In this document: piece after piece, positions 49,900-62,769 of the stretch
How positions within the stretch are numbered: the stretch's first letter is position 1
Layout of the letters: every line of letters begins with the position of its first letter
Origin: Raillietiella orientalis
Taxonomy: Eukaryota
DNA: 64,000 nt
Reading direction: 5' to 3'
NCBI GenBank assembly: GCA_036172245.1
Contig: JAYWIR010000018.1
Location: 1,116,001-1,180,000, forward strand
The notes under the pieces: model-generated
The model's input: the letters and a program-made list of their open reading frames with translations, nothing else
What the model was told of the DNA's origin: nothing
Databases searched by the model: none
Program-made: the position numbers and the translations under genes

Positions 49900-50082
49900 C
49901 GAGGAAGAGGAGGAGGAGGAGGAGAAGAGAGGAGGCAGGAAGGTGGAGAAGGATGAAGAAGACAGAGGAGAGGAGGTAGAGGAGAGAGGAAGGAAAGAGA
50001 GGAGAGAAAAAGAGGGGAGAGAAGGAGGAGGAGAAGAGAGAAGGAAGGAGAGAAAGGGCAGAGGTGGAGGTGAGGTGGAGGA
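49900..50082. repeat. Polypurine (GA-rich) low-complexity tract
   Basis: About 180 bp almost entirely G and A (gaggaggaggag, gagagagga, aaggaagg). Confidence 0.9.
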
Positions 50083-51626
50083 GTCCTGCAGTATCCTCTC
50101 CGCAGCGTGGCAGACACGTGTTCGCTCCAGAAGCTTCCAGAAACGAAACCTAAAGGCTAAGGGATGCAGAAAAGAAAGACTTTCATTCCTGCACTGCAAG
50201 GGCACGATTCCGTGGAATGTTGGCGTCCGAAAAGGGAAGTTGAGAGGATCCGGAAGAGGTGTGGAAGAGATTTGTGGAAAGAAATGGTGGGGGGTGGGTC
50301 AAGGTAGAGAAATCCGGAACTCCTCGGAAGAAAACGAGGGAGGAACCATCAATTTGTGAAAGGACGGCTTCTTTGGCGTCTGCCCGAATGCTTCACCATT
50401 AGCAGGAGGTTGGAGGTATGGATCATCGCAAAAGCAGGCACTGGGAAGACTGGGAAGGACCAGAACCGGCCCGGAGGAGGGAAATTCTCCTCCCTTTCCT
50501 TTCCCATCCCGCCTTCAAAGTCTCCAGCCCTTCCAACGGGTTTCGCAGTCGCTCGGTGTCTCGACGTGGCCACTCGAGGGAGGAGGAGGCGCGCCTTTGT
50601 CCACTCGGCACGGAAATGTGGGGTCTATGCTGCCTCTCGCTCCGAGATCGGAGCATCTTCTGTTGCATTCGTTGAGGATGGCATATGTCACACACGCGAC
50701 CACCGCAGAGGTCGCCCCTCGAAGTGGAGACTACAGCCTTCTGGCTCCTGGGTCCTGCCCAGCGCTTTTGGGCATCTTCCCTGCCCTTCTCCTTCACCCA
50801 TTCTGGCCGACGGTCGCCATCCGCTGCGCGGAATCCAGGAGACCTCTCAGCAGAGCCACAGCTGGAAGTTCATGCATCCTTCCTTGCCCTCTTCTCGTCT
50901 TTCCTCTCTCTTGGAAGACACGAAAGACCGCGTCGGCTGGAGAGTCCTCTCAGCAGGAGCAGCCTGAGGTTCACCTCCGAGACGCGAGTGCCAGAGTCCA
51001 CCTTTCCTTCCTCTGATCACTGGACTCTGGAGGAGATCCCATCTTCTCCTCACGGTTCACGGTTGCGGGATGGGCAGGGGACATCGTCCATAGGCGCATC
51101 GGAATCGAGAGCCGTCGGTCAATGGCTGCACGACGGTCATCCAAAACACTGAGGGGTGATGTCAGGGAGGTGAAATCTTTGAACTGACGGGTTCGAAGCG
51201 CCTCTGGTGGGAGTTCTGAGGAAACTATGAAGCCTGTGACGCCACGCGCGTAGCAGCCTCAGCGTGGTCTCCCGCACGCTCTCAAGCGATAGGGAAGACC
51301 TGGGGTCTTACGCGGGGGGCGACCGACATGGACGAACCCATCATTCAGGGAATTCTCCCAGCCTGGAATGCTTTCTTGGGATAGACCCCTTGCGCAGTCT
51401 TGGTGCGAGTTTATTCCTCCTGATCTCTGAAGTGGCACGCAGACCTTCGTGTCCTCCGTGGAAGGAGGGAACAGACTGTTCTTCGAAGACCCTGACGGCC
51501 AAGGTTCCTGGTTTCCCGGGAGAACCCTTCCGCTTCACCTTAAGATTTCTCTTTCCTCCTCCGATGACACCCGGCCTTTTCGAATGCCCCGTCTACAAAA
51601 GTTGGGTGGCCAGAAGCGAAGAACCG

Positions 51627-51766
51627 CTTCAGCCAGAGGGCCACTCCCGACACACCCAATGGAGGAACCGATCTTTCTCGGTGCCCCTCGACCACTGAGG
51701 ATGTGTCGACCACGCCAGTGCTCTGCCACACCGCGCAGAAAGTTCCGAGAGAACCACTTGGCCAGG
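51627..51766 (+). repeat. 140 bp direct repeat, copy 1 (copy 2 at 53454-53593)
   Basis: cttcagccagagggccactcc...gagaaccact(t/c)ggccagg; one mismatch seen by eye. Confidence 0.92.
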
Positions 51767-52488
51767 AGCAGGAGCAAAGGATGGAGAAGGGAGTCACAGG
51801 ATCCTACTGGAGATGGGACGGGGATGCTGCAACAGGATGCATTCTTAAGAATCCCTGACATTCATTTTTGTTTTTTGCGAAAGATGTCATGCTGAGAGCG
51901 ATGTGATTTTCCCTAATGAATTAGTTGTCAGTGGATACCGGATTGCCCAAGATGTGCGAGTAGACAACAGGAAGATCGAAAGACGGATGAGAGCCAACGA
52001 AAGAATCAGAGCAATTTTCCAGAATCAGTTTCTGAACCCCTCCCGGATTCAAGGTGCTCGATGCGCCTTCGGGGGAGAGCATCAGAGCATCCTCGTAGCG
52101 CAGACCACAGGAGGCAGTCGACAGAAAAAAACTCTCGATCCGGGAACTCTCGCTGCGGGAAATGGGCTATTTAAAGGCTGCTACTCGCATCTGGTCATCC
52201 AGCGAAGAGTAGAGACTTGACCTGTGCTCGGTGGGAGTCCGGAGGGGATCATTCCAGGTCATCAGACATCCGGCCGGATGGGGATCCCATCAGAACGGCA
52301 GCTTTATCTTTCCGCTTATCTCGGTCTGGCTAGCTGCGACCTCCATCCAAGCCACCGCCACAAGGGCGGACTGCTGGCTTTCGATGGCGTCCCTCAGGAC
52401 AACTTGCTTCATCAGGAGAAGTGAGTATTCCTTCGGTTGCCCTTTCGTGAAGCATGTGGTGCCATGCAGCCTGGACACAGATGTATGT

Positions 52489-52525
<37 letters not shown>

Positions 52526-52576
52526 GGAAAAGAGATTCTTTTCTTTTATCAGTGCTAATTTATTTTTTTTTTTTAA

Positions 52577-53000
52577 CCCTTTGGATGTGGAGCTCATCAG
52601 ATTTAAACGTTGTGCCTTGACGGCATGAGAGTCGCAGTGGAGATCCCTGTGGACGGAATGCTTTTTCGTGCAACGCGTACTCTGTCGAGTTACTACATAA
52701 AGTGCTGATTAAAGTTACTATTGTAATTGTTTATTCACACCACATTAAATAAAATATTTTCATTCTCGGTATTTCAGAGAGGTGACTCTGTAAAGCCGAG
52801 AATCGTTAGCCAATATAAATAGAATTTTGTTTATTGTCGTTGCTAAGGTAACTATAAGAACGCAGGTGTATGTGCCCATCTCAAACATTGAGAGTGTTAA
52901 CTTATGTTGCATGTATAAGGTAAAAAATCTGCCAAACTAATCTATGAGTCCATAGTCCACGCTGATAATTTTCGTCGGACTCATATATGCGTCCATAGGG
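52577..53000. mobile_element. Possible piggyBac-like MITE or remnant (424 bp)
   Basis: TTAA-CCCTTTGGATG at the left end and CGTCCATAGGG-CTAA at the right (imperfect TIR), an AT-rich interior within GC-rich DNA, and a subterminal inverted repeat atgagtcc...ggactcat near the right end. Confidence 0.5.
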
Positions 53001-53453
53001 CTAATGTCCAAACGCGTTGCGAGGGTAGCAAAATCCGCGAAAATCTCGAAAGGAACGCCGCAATCGGTGAAGATTACAACACATTGTTACCCGGAAAATG
53101 AGTGTCACTAAGTATCTCTGTGCCTACGGAGACTGGATCCTCGAAATTGACACACACATGTGAAAGATCCGAGCCTTCATCTGGTCGCCTCGAGAGCCAT
53201 AGAGAAACCGTCTCGTGAAGCTTCCACTCTTTGGGGATAGATGTCAGGAATATCCAAGTTCTGGGGCAGTCGGGAAAGAAAACGCTGCCTGCTTCCGTGG
53301 TTTCTCGCGCGCGGCGAGCAACTTTAGCATGAAAGAAAGCTGAGCCTAAAGCTCATCGAGGTGCACGCTTCTTTGCATTGTGGCAAGTGAGACCTGGGGG
53401 TTCGACGAACGTCGAGAGGGCCAGATCGGGCTTACAGATGGAGCGGAGAACCC

Positions 53454-53593
53454 CTTCAGCCAGAGGGCCACTCCCGACACACCCAATGGAGGAACCGATC
53501 TTTCTCGGTGCCCCTCGACCACTGAGGATGTGTCGACCACGCCAGTGCTCTGCCACACCGCGCAGAAAGTTCCGAGAGAACCACTCGGCCAGG
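53454..53593 (+). repeat. 140 bp direct repeat, copy 2
   Basis: Near-identical to 51627-51766, 1827 bp downstream. Confidence 0.92.
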
Positions 53594-54269
53594 CGCAGGA
53601 GAGAAGAACAGGAGGTCACAGGGTCTCGCTGGGGATGTCGGTGAATCCAAGCTCTTCGAGCGAGCGGATCACTCGAAGGCAAAATCCTCTGAACGAGTCT
53701 GCACGAATGGACCGTTTTTCGGGGTAGAGGGAAATCCAAGAAGAGAAGGAAAGGCGAATCGCGGACAGAGATTGCAGGTTCGCCCTTGCTGACCTCTCTC
53801 TCGCCAGCTGTTCATCCAAATCAACCATGTGCCACATGCATTCGTCCCTGAGTCGACAGGAATAGCCACCCGCGCACGCCAAAACCACCTTTGAAGAGGA
53901 GCGCAGGGCTGCGTCCGCCGACCAGGTTCAACCAGGACGTGCGTCCGACGCTGCTTCCGGCTGCCGAGGGGATACCCACAGGTCATCCTCGGAGGAGGAG
54001 AGGAGCCAGGCGCATTTCACAGCATCCGGGACCCAGCAGACTCGCCGGAAGATCTCAAGGAGGACCGCGAGCATGTGTGCACTTCCTCGATCCCTATGGT
54101 CCGACCGGTCCGCGCTTCCTCGGGCAGCCAACTCCGGGACGCGCCTTCTCCTTCTCGAGACTCTCCGCTTTAAAAGGCTAATAAGGACCTCACAGGAAGA
54201 TCGTTGCTGCTGACCTAGGATGACGGGAATCCTTTCGGGTTTTTCTGCTTTCGCTGCTGCTCTTCCGGC

Positions 54270-55045
54270 TTTTTTTTTTTTTCTGGATTTCTTTTTTTGG
54301 TCCGCCAAACGCTGAAGAACGTTCGCGTTCTTAAAGGGGGACTCAAGGAGATCTTTAATGCTGTCCACATCACCCCTGAGGGTGCGTGTAGCTCTTCAAG
54401 TAAGCGGGCACTCCGGGGGGGGGGGGGACATTCTATGAATTAGGGAAGACTCCGGAGGAAGAAGTCCGTTCCTCTTACTCTTGAGAGGGAACTCCGAAGG
54501 GAACCACCTCTTCCTCATTTTCTCCGGAGAGACCATCCGGTTCGTGGGGGCCGCTCCTCATTTCTTCTCCGAATGAAATCCAAGAGCAAACTGCTTTTTT
54601 TAAAAAAAAAAGAAAAAGAGATTCGTTCCTTTTACCCTTTATACTGTTTTTTTAACCTTTTGGATGTGGAGCTCATCAGAGCATCCCATTTTTTTACTGT
54701 ATGTTTTTTGTTTTATTTTTTTCTTTCTGCTCGTCTCGCCTCCTTCTGTGCTGTCGAGACGAAACCCGCTATCCTTCGTGCCAGTTCCCAGCAGTTCCTT
54801 CTCGTAGTTATAAGTAACGTGGCAGGATCAAATGTCCTGCCACAAACGTTTGTTTTTGTAAATCTGTCAACCAGTGCCGCACCCGAATAGGCCAACCAGC
54901 GCCATCTTGCGGAAGGGAATCAAAACCGACGACTCATCACCTTCCCCTTCTCGGCGTTGATCCTTACCCAGGAGGGATTTGAACCTGCGACGCGTGGTGC
55001 CACGCGAGAGGAGATCGCAGCCTCACGGACGCCGACGCGCGCTGA
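54270..55045 (-). repeat. SINE-like family copy E (split: tail and 3' body 54270-54595, head about 54950-55045)
   Basis: cacccctgagggtgcgtgtagctcttcaag and ttactcttgagagggaactccgaagg match copy D closely. The head reverse complement reads ggttcaaatccctcctgggtaaggatcaacgccgagaa. The middle is replaced by unrelated sequence. Confidence 0.8.
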
Positions 55046-55399
55046 GGTTCCCTTAAGACTCCCTCGTTTGCCGGACCCCACAGTCCTCAGAATTCTGCAG
55101 CGACCGCTCTTGCCGGATGTTGCGCGGAGTCAAGCAAACTGTGCCTGCAGCTCTCGTCGTGCTCCAGCAGAGGATTCATAGGAGCAGGTGGTGTCCTACT
55201 ATTGTTGTTTTTCTGTCTCCCTAGATCACCAGCAGAGCCTCGAGGAAGGAATCCACAGTCGGTGGTCACTTACGAAAGAACCAGAAGGTGGATGCAAGGG
55301 CATCTGCTGATAGCCCAGCAAGGATTCCGCCGTTAGGCGGTACTGTGGGGACTCGGGATTCCTCTCAGTGTCGTCCCAGCAGGGAAGTCCCTATCGAGC

Positions 55400-57250
55400 C
55401 CCATTCAAGAGGCTCAGGGGACTCCAGCCGGCTGCCATGCCCGATCACCAACTCTTCGAGAAGACGGGAGGCCGTTTCTTCATCTTCAGGAACAAAGTCT
55501 AGGCGAGCAAGGACGGAGCATCTTCGTCTTGCTGGCGCGGGACAGCTTCAACGCGCTGGACGCACAGATGTGGTTCTTGCGCACACCGCCGAAGAGAGTA
55601 CTGACCCGGCGACGCCCCAGCGAGAGAGTCAAGCTGGAGCCTCTGAGGCTCTTCAGGGAAGGCTCGCCGGCGTAAAGACGTTTCACCAGGTTGCTGCAGG
55701 TTCCCGGGAGCAACGAATCCGACGCTCTCACTTCCGCCCTCGGGCACGATTGGTGCGATGCGCTGCTGGGTGTTCGGAAAGCCACTGAGGATGCCAGGTA
55801 CGGCGATCGGAAATTTCCAGGGAGTCCTCGAACCAGCTCGGTCCGGCTATCATATCGTTTGCAGCATCCGACACAGCCAGCAGGGCAGGGATGCTGAGGC
55901 ACCGGCTAGAGAACCTTCCTGCCTAGCGAGTTCGTGGTGGCTGGCCGGGAGAGGACAGCCAGCCTTGGGGTCCTGCCCACCCGACGGGCGGAAGCGCCCG
56001 GCGCTCAACGGAGGGTTCCAGGTTCGAACCTGTCTAACGAAACCTTCTCTCCAGCGCGGGTGTATTCCCTCCCGGTCACGCAGGGGTGTTTATTTGGTAA
56101 AAATAAACTTTTTGGGAACTCGGACCGAAGGATGAAGAAGCTCAGGGAGAGGGCTCACCGACACAGGTAGTGACATCTAAACATAGGGGACAGAGGGGAG
56201 GAGATAATGAATAAATAAATAAGGGGAATGTGGGAACAGGGGTTACCGGTTTCGTCTGTTCCTTCTCTTCAGAAGGAGTCCCGATGCTGGCGATCTCCTC
56301 CTTGACTTCCTCTTCGAGGTTGAGGCCACCTGGAAGCCGTTCTTATGTAGGCTGCTGCCATCACAGTGGCTCCCCTTCACTACCCTTCCTTTTCCAAGAC
56401 GTGGGACACCGTGACGCACATCCCGTCGCGATCACAGCGCCGGTCTAGAGTCTGTCGGGCCCGAAGAACCGCCCTGGCAGGTCACGGGAGATGTCCTGCT
56501 GGTGCAGGAGCGCTGAAGTCGGCCTCCTCTGCCACAATACGGTGTAGCTTAGACGCCCCTCTCTCTTCCCTCCCTTAGAGGCGTTGACTGCTGTGGTGTC
56601 CCCAGTGCAGAAAGAGCAGCACAGTTACCGCTGCTTCCAGGACAAGGGTCCGAATGCTGAGGAAGGACTACAAGTTTCCTCGGGGACGACAATTGACAGC
56701 TTGCATCGCCGAAGGAGTCTCTTCGCCTGGATACACGCAGTCGCAGCATCCTCCAACTCATGCGTCTTCCAGCCGCCCATGAGTTTCGTCTTTCTTGCAA
56801 CGACGCTGGAGAACTCACTTCACCGGTAGGCAGCTGTCTTCGCTTGCGCTTGGGGAAGACAGAGCTGCAGCAAGATGTGCGGGGGCCATGGTGGACCCCT
56901 TCGTAAGGCAGGAGACCTATGGATGGGCTTCCGGAAGGGAGGCGAGTTGCCTCAGGAAGAAGCTCAATCCCCGGCATCCCGTACCGGAAGCGCGGCAGCA
57001 ACGAGAGCCGTCCTTTGCTGCTGGCAAATTCCCGCAGAATGAGCCGTGCTGGCGCACAAAACGGGGAAGTTCCACAGCTTGGCGCAGAGTGCCAGCAGCA
57101 TTGGGAACTGCGTCTGCAGTCCGATTCTCTCAGGACAAGCCAGTATCCCGATGTGGAGCTTCCAAGTCTTTGAGCGCGGGTGTGTGTTCTCTTTCGCGGG
57201 TGCCGGGTCATCTGCGGAGGGGGGGGTGCACCATGCCGTTCTGGCGAGGC
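55400..57250 (+). mobile_element. Possible decayed RTE-like LINE (RT to C-terminus)
   Basis: Broken, ordered resemblances: IFVLLARDSFNALDAQMWFLRTPPK (cf. vFiD..kAFD.v....lW..L...G.P.k), GVK, SCLRL, LWMG, AWRR. Highly degenerate. Confidence 0.3.
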
Positions 57251-58768
57251 TTCCCTCGCAGGCATCTGGGTCTATGTGGTTGGTGTCGCTTTCGGGCTAG
57301 TCCAAGGTGCAGCCTCGGCGACTTGGAGCGACCGGATGCTCGCGATTCCGCTCTGCGGCCGAGGACGTCGCTGTCTGCCAACGGCGACAGCGGGAGGAAG
57401 ATGGTCTCCTTCTCCTCGGAGCGAACTCGGAGGGACCGCTCTCTGCCTTGCGGCAAACACTCGTCTGGGAACCCTTCGACGTAGGGCAGGCGCCTGTTCG
57501 ATCTCGTCTCTGGGATACGTACCACAGCATCCGCGTCGCATGCCGCGCTATCCGGCCATTGAAGGTCCTTTCGCCTCGCGTTCCCCTGACTGCCTCGTGA
57601 TCCGTGCGCAGGACACGGTCGCCGCGCGTGGAGACCGGACGAGGCGCGAACGCCGCCGTCTTTTCGCAGTTTCTCGTAGTGTGGGGCCACTCCCCACTGC
57701 GAGGGGTTCTAGTGGGAATCCATCCCATCCCATCCGACTCGCACTCTCGCATTTCTACTAGAGGAATTTCGCTTTTGTGCACGGATGGAAATCATGGAAC
57801 CTCCCCCTGCGCTGCTTCCCTGTTTCCTTCACTTTTTTCCCCAGCCCTCACTCTCCTTCCGCTCACCAGGCCTTGCGGACCGCGCCCAACTGAGAGTGCT
57901 CTCAGGGCTACCGGTCGGGGTCACGCGGTCTCGATACCTCGAGCTTCGGTCCTACCGTCAGGCATGACCGTGCAGCGGAGCCGCTCCTCCAGGGATAGCC
58001 GTCCTTGACTTTAGAGCGGAGTCCCTTGCCCTGTCCACCCCTCGGGATTCTCCTTTCGCCTCCCCTGCTCCCTCGCTTCCTTCGATCGGAAGTCGATCAT
58101 CTCAAGTAGGCAGGAGCTCCAGGAAACCACCTTTGGGGTCAGTTCGCTCGGGAATCTGACCGGCCATCGAGGGTGCCTCCGTCTTGCAGGCGGTCTTTCT
58201 CCCCACCTCCTCCTTGCCTTCTCGGTCAGCAGAGGTCATAACGAACGGTCTCTGTAGCGCCACTGGCGCTTCCGGAGCTCCTTACCCTCCTCCCTCCCTC
58301 GAGGTAAGAAGGGAGGGAGGGAGCAGAGGAGAAGGAGTTGGGGAACCTGAAGAGCGCAGAGTGATCGAGATCAAAGGAGGTCATCAGTGTCCCTCCCCCG
58401 CGATCGGAACCCTCTCCCCACCCATTTTCCATCCTAGGGGCGAGGAAGGTGGGAAAAAGAAGAGGGGAAGGAAGGGAGAGAGGACAGCGACTTCCGTCGG
58501 AGAGGTCGCGTCCTCCGCGTGCTGACTACCCACGCCCGCGAGCCATCTGGGCGAGAGGGAAGGGATGGACCGGTTGCCGTCCATGAAACTAAAGCGGAGT
58601 CGCGGTTCCCCTTGCCTCCGTCCAAGCCCTCATCCCTCTTTCACTCTCCCTCCTTTCCTTCCCTTTCGCTCCTCCCCTCCTCCTCCTCCTCCTCCTGCTT
58701 ATCTCCCCGACATCCTGCAGAAAACGTCACCGGCGTCACGGCAGTCTCTCCTCCGGAGGTAGAGTGCC

Positions 58769-59252
58769 ATGTTGCCGCCGCCGCTGCTGCTGCTGCTACT
58801 ACTGCTGCTGCCGCCATCGCAGCAGGCCGCTTCCGAGGCGTCCTCCGAGAAGCGGCCCTACGAAACCTACTTTTACGACCAGACGGTAACAGCTTTCCTC
58901 CATTTCTCTCCGACCTTCCCCTCCACACCGCCCCCTCTCCCCTCCGGCGCAGGTGGACCACTTTTCCTTCGCCCCCCAGAGGAAGCACACCTTCCCACAG
59001 AGGTTCCTGGTCAGCGACCGCTTCTGGGATCCCAAGGGAGGCCCCATCTTCCTGTACACCGGCAACGAGGCGGACGTCGGCATCTTCCTGGAGAACACAG
59101 TGAGGAGCCTCCCCCCCCGACCGAGATGCAGGGGAACCTTCTGCTTCCAGGGCTTCATGTGGGACATCGCGCCTGAGTTCCACGCCCTCCTGGTCTTTGC
59201 CGAGCACCGATACTACGGGAAGAGCCTACCCTTCGGGAACTTCTCGTACGAG
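58769..59252 (+). CDS. PRCP: Lysosomal Pro-X carboxypeptidase (peptidase S28), first three exons; gene continues beyond what can be seen
   Basis: Exons 58769-58885 (poly-Leu signal peptide, YETYFYDQT), 58953-59099 (VDHFSF...[13 protein letters not shown]...[12 protein letters not shown]...ENT) and 59151-59252 ([29 protein letters not shown]). Introns are 67 and 51 nt, GT-AG. NTGFMWD favours PRCP over DPP7. Confidence 0.93.
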
Positions 59253-62200
59253 GTAGGACCGTCCCCCTTTGGCAGGGACCCTCTCCTTCCTTTTCCGTCC
59301 CGAGGAGAGAAGGGCCTTTCCGCGGTCGAAGGGAGGAGTTTTGGGTTGCGGAAAGATGCCCTGGGGGAGAGGGGCCTCTCACGGAGGCGTTGGCCTTTGC
59401 GCCTCGCCGTCTCCTTCCCTCCTCCTCTGGAACGCGCGGCATCTTTTTCGTTCCCTGGGAAGGGAGAGCGGGGAGACCCTTCCCCGCGCCTCCACCGGAA
59501 GAGAGCAGGAGGCAGTTTCCCGCTCCCTCCCGGAGGATCCGGAGATTGGAGGGGGGGGAAGGTGGCATCACGAGAAGGGGAGGGAAAGAGAAGCCCCCGG
59601 AAATCCTGGAAGCGTCCCAGGAAGGACCTTCTCTTCGGCCCTAGGGGATGAGGAGAGCGAGCTCCTCGCTCTCGGACGCCTCTTAGGGCAGGGAGCGTTC
59701 CCGGATGCGGGACGACCTCGTTCCCAGGCAACGGGCGAGATCGGCGGAGATCCGAACGGGTAATGCCGTTCCTTTCGCCTTCTTTAGCCGGGTGTGTGTG
59801 TCCTTGGGAGGCTCCCTGGAAGGCCCCACGGTCCGGCGCGGGCCAGTCCGCTCGCAAGCAAGGCCCAGATCATAGGGCTGTCCTTTTCCTTCTCCTCAGC
59901 TGCAGACGAACCGCTGCCGCTTCCTCCCGGGAGCTGTTCGGGACACTGACTGTCGGGAGCCCAGGGGAGGGGAAATCTGAAAAGGAGAGGCTGAAATCGA
60001 TGACCGGGAGGCGCAGTCAGTTGCATCAGGGGCCTACGGAAGAGGCCGCCTAGGGTTTTAGAACCGTCTTTCCCGGAACAGGGGCATCGCGCGCTGTGGC
60101 CGGTCGGACCCCCCTCCCGCATTGTTGCGACCACACCTCTGTCCGGCTCAGGGTCGAAGTCCTCTCCGCAAGTGGCCCTGCAGCCTACAGCATGCGAGAA
60201 AGAAGGTCTTTCTGGGTGCTGCAGGACGGGAATCCTTGAAAGAACGTCGTCTCCTGCTTCCCGGATGACACGCCGCACCGCTACTCCCTCGATGCCGCCG
60301 CCGGCCTGGAAGGCAGCACCGGCGCAGACTCTGCCTCCAGTCCAGAGGGAATTCCTTTGCTTCGGGCGAGAGGCGACTACTTCTCCCCCCTTGCTGGAGG
60401 GCGCCCTTGAGCGGAGCACGTGTGGTGCCCGACGGCCAGCAGGAGGCGAGGCGAGTGGCCGGACGCCCGAGACCTCGGGACGGTCGTCAGGAGTTCTTGC
60501 GAGTCCAGCGACGGGAGAAGACCTTCCGAACCTCCCCGACCGGGTCGCGACTGATGCGTCGGGATGGATTGAAATAGGTGGACATGAACGCGGTTCCCCA
60601 TCGAGTCGCCGGAAGGCAAGTTTCCCCGAGCTCTGCGCAGCATGGTCCACGACGGGGTCAGGGTCATGACGCGCGGCTGGTCCCTCGACCTTTCTGCTGC
60701 TTCCGGAGACGGTCCCAAGTTCCTGGACTGCGTTCCCGGAACGAGGGAGTTGGCTTGTTCAGAAGACACGGGGCAAAAACAGTTACCCTGGGGCGGAGTG
60801 AGGACGTCCGGCTCGGGCTGGCACACCACGAAGCAGGCCTCTGCGTGTCACAGAGCGGCCCCCAGTCCTCCGGAACGGGGAGGTCAGCCAGTGCTTCCTG
60901 GAGATGGCTCAAGAGCGCGCTACTCCCCCAAGGCGGAGTTTCATCCCTCGGGCAGAGCGTTTGCGGAGCTCCCGCAGGCACGAGGATGTGTTCCCGCGGG
61001 CCGGTGGGCAGCGTCCCTCGACTGCTTGCGAACCGCGAAGAGCCGAGGCAGGCGGACGGCGTCCAGCGGCGGAGTGCGGTCTTCTCATCTTCCGTGGGAG
61101 GTCTCTCCGCGCGTGGCATGGTAACTGGAGAGCTCCATGACAAGCGCCAAGCAGCCACCGGGAAGGAGAACTCTTGCCACCCTCGTATCGAGGCAGGTCA
61201 CGCGGACGCAAGGAAATGGTATTCATAAGCGGAGGAGGAACCGCCACCAGCACCTGCAGCGCGATTCCTCTCCCGGCACGGGGGCAGGAGAGACATTGGC
61301 TCCAGATTTTCCTCGCGGTGGGGGGTAGGGGAGAATGCATGGGGTCGCTCATTCTTTCACGAGGGTGACAGAACGAGCGAGTCTTCGGGTGATCAGTCTT
61401 GGGCTGACCGAACCGCAGGGGAGGGAGCGCCATTTGCCATCCGTTTCAGACGAAACTGACGGGAAGAGGTTTCTGGGTCGGTTCTGCCCTCCGGATTTCA
61501 TCGCCCTCGGCTTTCACGAGACCGCTGAACGCCAGGGACAGAGCAGTGACGACGATGGTGGCATCCCCTCGAGGGATCCAAAGGACCCCTGGACTGGGCG
61601 CAGGGTCGCGAGCCAAACGACCTGGAGACGAGAGTCTGCCCAGAAAACATGCAGCGTCCCTCGACCGTGGGGGGAGGAAGATGAAATGGTACCGCTCCCT
61701 CGAAGGGCATCAGACCTTGCGCGGTGCGACCGAGAGGGAGGCTTCCGCTGGGCTTCCACTGCAGGGAGGGAGAGCTTCCCAACTTCGACAACAGGAGGGA
61801 ATCAGGGGAGACCTCGGTGTGCTCTCAGCAACCTGATGATGAAGGTTCGTTTCCTTGGAAGCGCTAGTCAGCAGGGAAGGCAGTCTAGAACTGCACGGTA
61901 TTAAGTGCAGCGCCAGCGGGCACGCTGCTGAACGTGGGTCGCACCGGAGAACTGGGATTCTCTCTTCCTCGCAAGGTCGCCCGGGCAACTCACGGCGAGC
62001 AGTGGTCGGTCTGCACGGGAGCCGGAATGGGTTCCCCGCCTTCCAGGATGCAAACCCTCGATAAGAGGGAAAGCAGCCGCGGTGGACAAGTGCCGCGGCT
62101 TCTACCGCCCTCTCCGCTCGCTCGTCCCTGTGCAGATCTCCTGGGGTCCGCGAAGATTAGCCAAAACATCGTCTCAAAGACGCCGTCGTCGTCGTCGTCG

Positions 62201-62769
62201 TCTTTGGATGATGAGGAGGACGTGATTCGGAGGCGGCGATGCGAGAGATGCCAAGCGGGAACAAAGTGCAGGTCACTGCTGAATACCCTCAACGTGGAAA
62301 GTTCGAAGTCTCTGATAGGACGGGGGGGGGGAGGGGGGAGATAGGCAGTGAGGGTTTGCGTCAAGAGCTTCTCAGCTGCCGAGCCCTTCCGTCTGCTCTT
62401 CCGGAGCCGTGGAAAATCCCTTCCGCTGCTTGGGTTTGTTCAGCTGACGCCCGGGGGATCCGGACAAGCCTACCCCTGGGCATGTCTTGCACCAGCGAAC
62501 TTCCGATGGCCGCCCATCTTGCAGATGGGAAGCTCGCAGAAGAACACGACCTGCTTCGAGTCACCTTCCGCCCAAAGAATCGTCCAGGTCGAAAGTGGTA
62601 CTCTATTCCGTTATCCGGAAGCTGCATCCCCAGGTGTACCGGCATCGGTGCGGAAGAAAAACGCTTCCGCTTCCTGCTTTTCAGAGCAAGGAAAAACGCT
62701 CCCTTGTTAACTCTTCAAGATGCCTTTGCTCTTCTTAACACCTTGAATAGGCAACCCCCCCCTTTCTTT

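Noticed and set aside
49828..50359. Glu/Arg-rich and Ser/Pro/Leu-rich ORFs
   Set aside because: Translations of the GA-rich low-complexity tract.
54331..55056. Kolobok-type DNA transposon suggested by TTAA(A)GGGGG...CCCTTAA
   Set aside because: Homology between copies continues past the TTAAGGGGG motif into an A-rich tail, and other copies lack a matching opposite end, so it is internal SINE sequence.
60875..60915. LSHLQEALADL resembling the PRCP QALAD motif
   Set aside because: It is on the minus strand, opposite to PRCP, with no flanking similarity; treated as chance.
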